Assembly (NCBI RefSeq): GCF_006345805.1
Contig: NC_043001.1
Location: forward strand, 2,604,001-2,668,000
Length of the DNA stretch: 64,000 nucleotides
Origin: Octopus sinensis
Taxonomy: Eukaryota
Direction: 5' to 3'
The translations under genes and the position numbers were made by a program. Positions 60,620 through 64,000 of the stretch are shown here, piece after piece. Under the pieces are notes generated by a model that saw only the letters and a program-made list of their open reading frames with translations, was not told where the DNA came from and made no database searches. Position 1 is the stretch's first letter; every line of letters starts with the position of its first letter.

Positions 60620-60830
60620 ACAATGTATCTTTTTGCCCCCCCCCCCCGCCCCAGCAGTTCTATCAATCCCCCCCTGGCCTAAGATTGGTACTTTCATTAC
60701 CAACTTTGAAAGGATGAATGGTTAAGTTGACTGCAGTGGGATTTGAACTCAGATCACTGAGAGAATCAAATATATACTCCAAGGCATTCTAACTGAAACC
60801 TTAAAAACTCTGCCAGTTCACCATTTTAAA
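60620..60830 (-). mobile_element. SINE family B
   Basis: GAAAGGATGAATGGTTAAGTTGACTGCAGTGGGATTTGAACTCAG...CTCTGCCAGTTCACC. Confidence 0.75.
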
Positions 60831-61009
60831 GAGTCATAGTATCAAAAGGATATCAGAATATTGGTAAAATATAATTTAGGAAACAATTAGGGTCTCAGAT
60901 CAGGTCACTTGCTATGCAAGTACATTTCCATAATAATTTAGGAAGAAAAATGGAGTTGGAGGAGAATTTAAAAGCTTATCAGAAGAATACTGATAAACTA
61001 TTTATCGTT

Positions 61010-61723
61010 TCGTTTTTGACTTGCTTCAGCCATTAGACTGTGGCCATGCTGGGGCACCACGAAGAAGAAAATTTGGTTGAATGAATTAACCCCAGTACCT
61101 ATTTCTTTTTAATCCTGTTACCTATTTTATTAGTCTCCTTTGCTGAACCACAAAGTTACAGATGCCACAAACACACCAACACTGGGTTGATATGCAACTG
61201 TGGGAGACAGACACAAAGACACACACACACACACACACACAACACAAGACACACACCACACACACACCACCACAACCCCCCCCCCACCACCCAAACCACC
61301 ACCCACCAACCCACCACAAACACAACCCACCCCACCACCCCACCCACACACAACAAACAAACACACCCCCCCCCACACCACAACACAAACCCACACCCAA
61401 CACACACACACACACACACAACAACACCCACCCCACCACCCCCACACACACAACACACACACACCCACCCCCCCCACCACAAACACCACACCCACCCCAA
61501 AAAACCAAAAACACACACCCCCACACCAAACACACCCAACACACACACAACACACACCACAACACACACAACACACAAACACACACAACCACACACACAC
61601 ACACACACGCACACAAACACACAAACACACACGCACACAAACACACACACAAACACAACAAACACAAACACACACACCAACACACACACAAACACACAAA
61701 CACACAACACACACACACAAACA

Positions 61724-61754
<31 letters not shown>

Positions 61755-62044
61755 CACCCACAAACACACAACACAAAAACAACACCACAACACACACAAC
61801 ACCCACACCCACACCCCCCCCACCACACAACCCCCACCCACACACCGCACACAAACACACAAACACACACGCCCCCAACCCACACACAAACACACAAACA
61901 CAACACACAACACACACAAACAACACACCAAACACACAAACACACACACACACACACAAACACAACACACACCACACACACACAACACACACAAAACACA
62001 CACACCCCACACAACACACACACAACACAAACACACACACACAA

Positions 62045-62075
<31 letters not shown>

Positions 62076-62399
62076 ACACGCACACAAACACACAAACACA
62101 CAAGCACACAACACACAACAAAACACACAAACACACAAACACACCACACACAAACAACACACACAAACACACAAACACACACACACACACACAAAAAAAA
62201 ACACACACACACACACACACACCAACACAAACACCACACACACACACAACCCAAACACACACCACACACGCACACAAACACACAAACACACACACACACA
62301 AACACACCCACAAACACACAAACACACAAACACACACACCAACACACACACAAACAACACAAACACACACACACACACCACAAACAAACACACACACAC

Positions 62400-62431
<32 letters not shown>

Positions 62432-62464
62432 CAACCACACACACACACGCACACAAACACACAA

Positions 62465-62505
<41 letters not shown>

Positions 62506-62650
62506 CAATGGGCTTCTTTTACTTTCGATCTACCAAATCCACTGACAAAGATATGGTCGGCCTGAGGCAATAGTAGAAGACATTTGTCCAAGGTGTCGTG
62601 TGGATTGAACCTGGAGCCATGTGGTTAGGAAAGCAGCTTTTTACCACACA
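61010..62650 (-). mobile_element. Single SINE family A copy whose internal (CA)n linker is expanded to about 1.3 kb
   Basis: The 3' half lies at 61010-61215 and the 5' half at 62505-62650, in the correct order. An A/C-only tract lies between them. Confidence 0.85.
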
Positions 62651-62940
62651 GCCTCACCTGTACTAATTACGAAGGTTTCCTTGAAATATGTCTATCAACA
62701 AATATCCAGTGAAGAAAATTAGAAAAATGCCATGGACTCAGTTTTGGTGATGTTCTTTTAATAAGGCACTGTTCTGATAAAAGACTGATCCAAAATCTCA
62801 ATCTTTATTTTATGTCAAGACATAGCATCATAAATTTCAGTTTTTATTTCCAATTTGATTCATGTCAATGCAAACCATTACCGAATTCCTGCTAATTCTA
62901 GATACTATCTTTCTTTGGAACTAGAAAAAAAATAAATAAA

Positions 62941-62953
62941 GGCGGGTATAAAA
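62941..62953 (+). promoter_or_regulatory. Candidate GC box plus TATA box (GGCGGG TATAAAA)
   Basis: Motif match only; about 480 bp upstream of the candidate ATG. Confidence 0.25.
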
Positions 62954-63429
62954 AAAAAGAAGAAAAAAACAACACCCAGCCTCTACATTCATAGCAGCAG
63001 AGCAGAACCAAAATAATAAAAGAGAATGGGCCAGCAGAAATGTTCTAGTTTATAGTGCTGAGATTAAATCTACTCAAATGAGAATTATAATAAGATGGTT
63101 TTGAAAAGACGTTTCAAAAGCCAACCTTTTATTTTCTCTTTAACTAGAACTTTCATGCCATGCAAGAAACATTTGATTCTTTATTTGAGTAATAATCTGC
63201 CATAAATACTGTTTTGGTGCCAGTTCTGTACAAGTGTACAGCGAGTAACAAGAGATGTCGGTGAATTCCTTTCCAATCTTGCTTTTACTGAAGATCATAG
63301 AAGAGTAATGGGAAGAAAGTTACTTTACAAATTGGTTGGTCACTTAGAAGAAGGAAAATATTAGAGACTGAAGAAAAAATTATTCTTGGAATATTTGGCA
63401 ATATAAGAAAATGTAGAAACAAGCAAACC

Positions 63430-63454
63430 ATGGCAGAAGCTGAATCCGAAAACG
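63430..63454 (+). CDS. Candidate first coding exon segment (MAEAESEN-, phase 1), unknown gene
   Basis: Strong Kozak context CAAACCATGG; consensus donor G|GTAAGT at 63455; non-repetitive context; candidate acceptors at 63147, 63293 and 63300. Confidence 0.4.
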
Positions 63455-63519
63455 GTAAGTAATGAATTATACATAGAGAAGAATTATGATTTCTTACAAT
63501 GCAAATAAGAACACACGTA

Positions 63520-63797
63520 GAGACAATGTGTGCGTGTGTGTGTCTGCGTGTGCGTTTGTGTGTGTGCGTTTGTGTATGTGTGTTTGTGTGTTTGCGTTTG
63601 TGTGTGTGTGTGCGTATGTGTATATATATATATATATATATGTGGGTGAGTGTGTATATATATATATATATATAGTGTGTATATGCATACATTCATACAC
63701 ACACACACACATGTATACTGGAAGTTCCAGTAATAATAGTAATAATAATAATAATCATAATAATAATAACAACAACAACAACTACAACAACAACAGT

Positions 63798-63861
<64 letters not shown>

Positions 63862-63870
63862 TAATAATAA

Positions 63871-63901
<31 letters not shown>

Positions 63902-64000
63902 AAGAAGAATAAGAAGAACAAGAACAAGAACAAGAAGAACAACAAAAACAACAACAACAACAACGACACTAATGGCAACAATAAAGACAGCAACAACAAC
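63520..64000. repeat. (TG)n/(TA)n and (AAT)n/(AAG)n/(AAC)n microsatellites
   Basis: Directly visible. Confidence 0.95.

Noticed and set aside
61122-62591. 450-489 aa Cys/Val-rich and His/Thr-rich ORFs
   Set aside because: All six frames are open simply because an A/C-only tract cannot encode stops.

Overview
AT-rich, repeat-saturated animal DNA. It is most likely intronic or intergenic sequence from an octopus (coleoid cephalopod); this is inferred from the SINE/LINE repertoire and extreme microsatellite density, not from a database search. I found no complete protein-coding gene, rRNA, tRNA gene or CRISPR array, and most long ORFs in the track are translated microsatellites. The window contains: (i) three tRNA-headed SINE families, labelled A, B and D here; (ii) about 20 copies of a (GAT)n-ended repeat, which one copy shows to be the 3' UTR of an RTE LINE; (iii) decayed LINE coding fragments (CR1, RTE, RTEX-like, and four Dong/R4-type pieces with an RLE or RT domain); (iv) a decayed Penelope-like element with a Naiad-type RT, preceded by a type I hammerhead ribozyme motif, with a second minimal hammerhead downstream; (v) three copies of a roughly 510-560 bp solo-LTR family, two with 4-bp TSDs; (vi) small DNA-transposon derivatives (TTAA MITE, a 28-bp-TIR MITE, a HINE-like element, a possible mini-Helitron); and (vii) one candidate first coding exon near the right end (ATG 63430, donor 63455). 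The most interesting signals are the hammerhead motifs (including a block-scrambled one at 7.45 kb), the solo-LTR family, a roughly 94-bp target-site duplication around an RTE tail, and microsatellites born inside LINE coding motifs. Coordinates were counted by hand; diffuse repeat boundaries are approximate.
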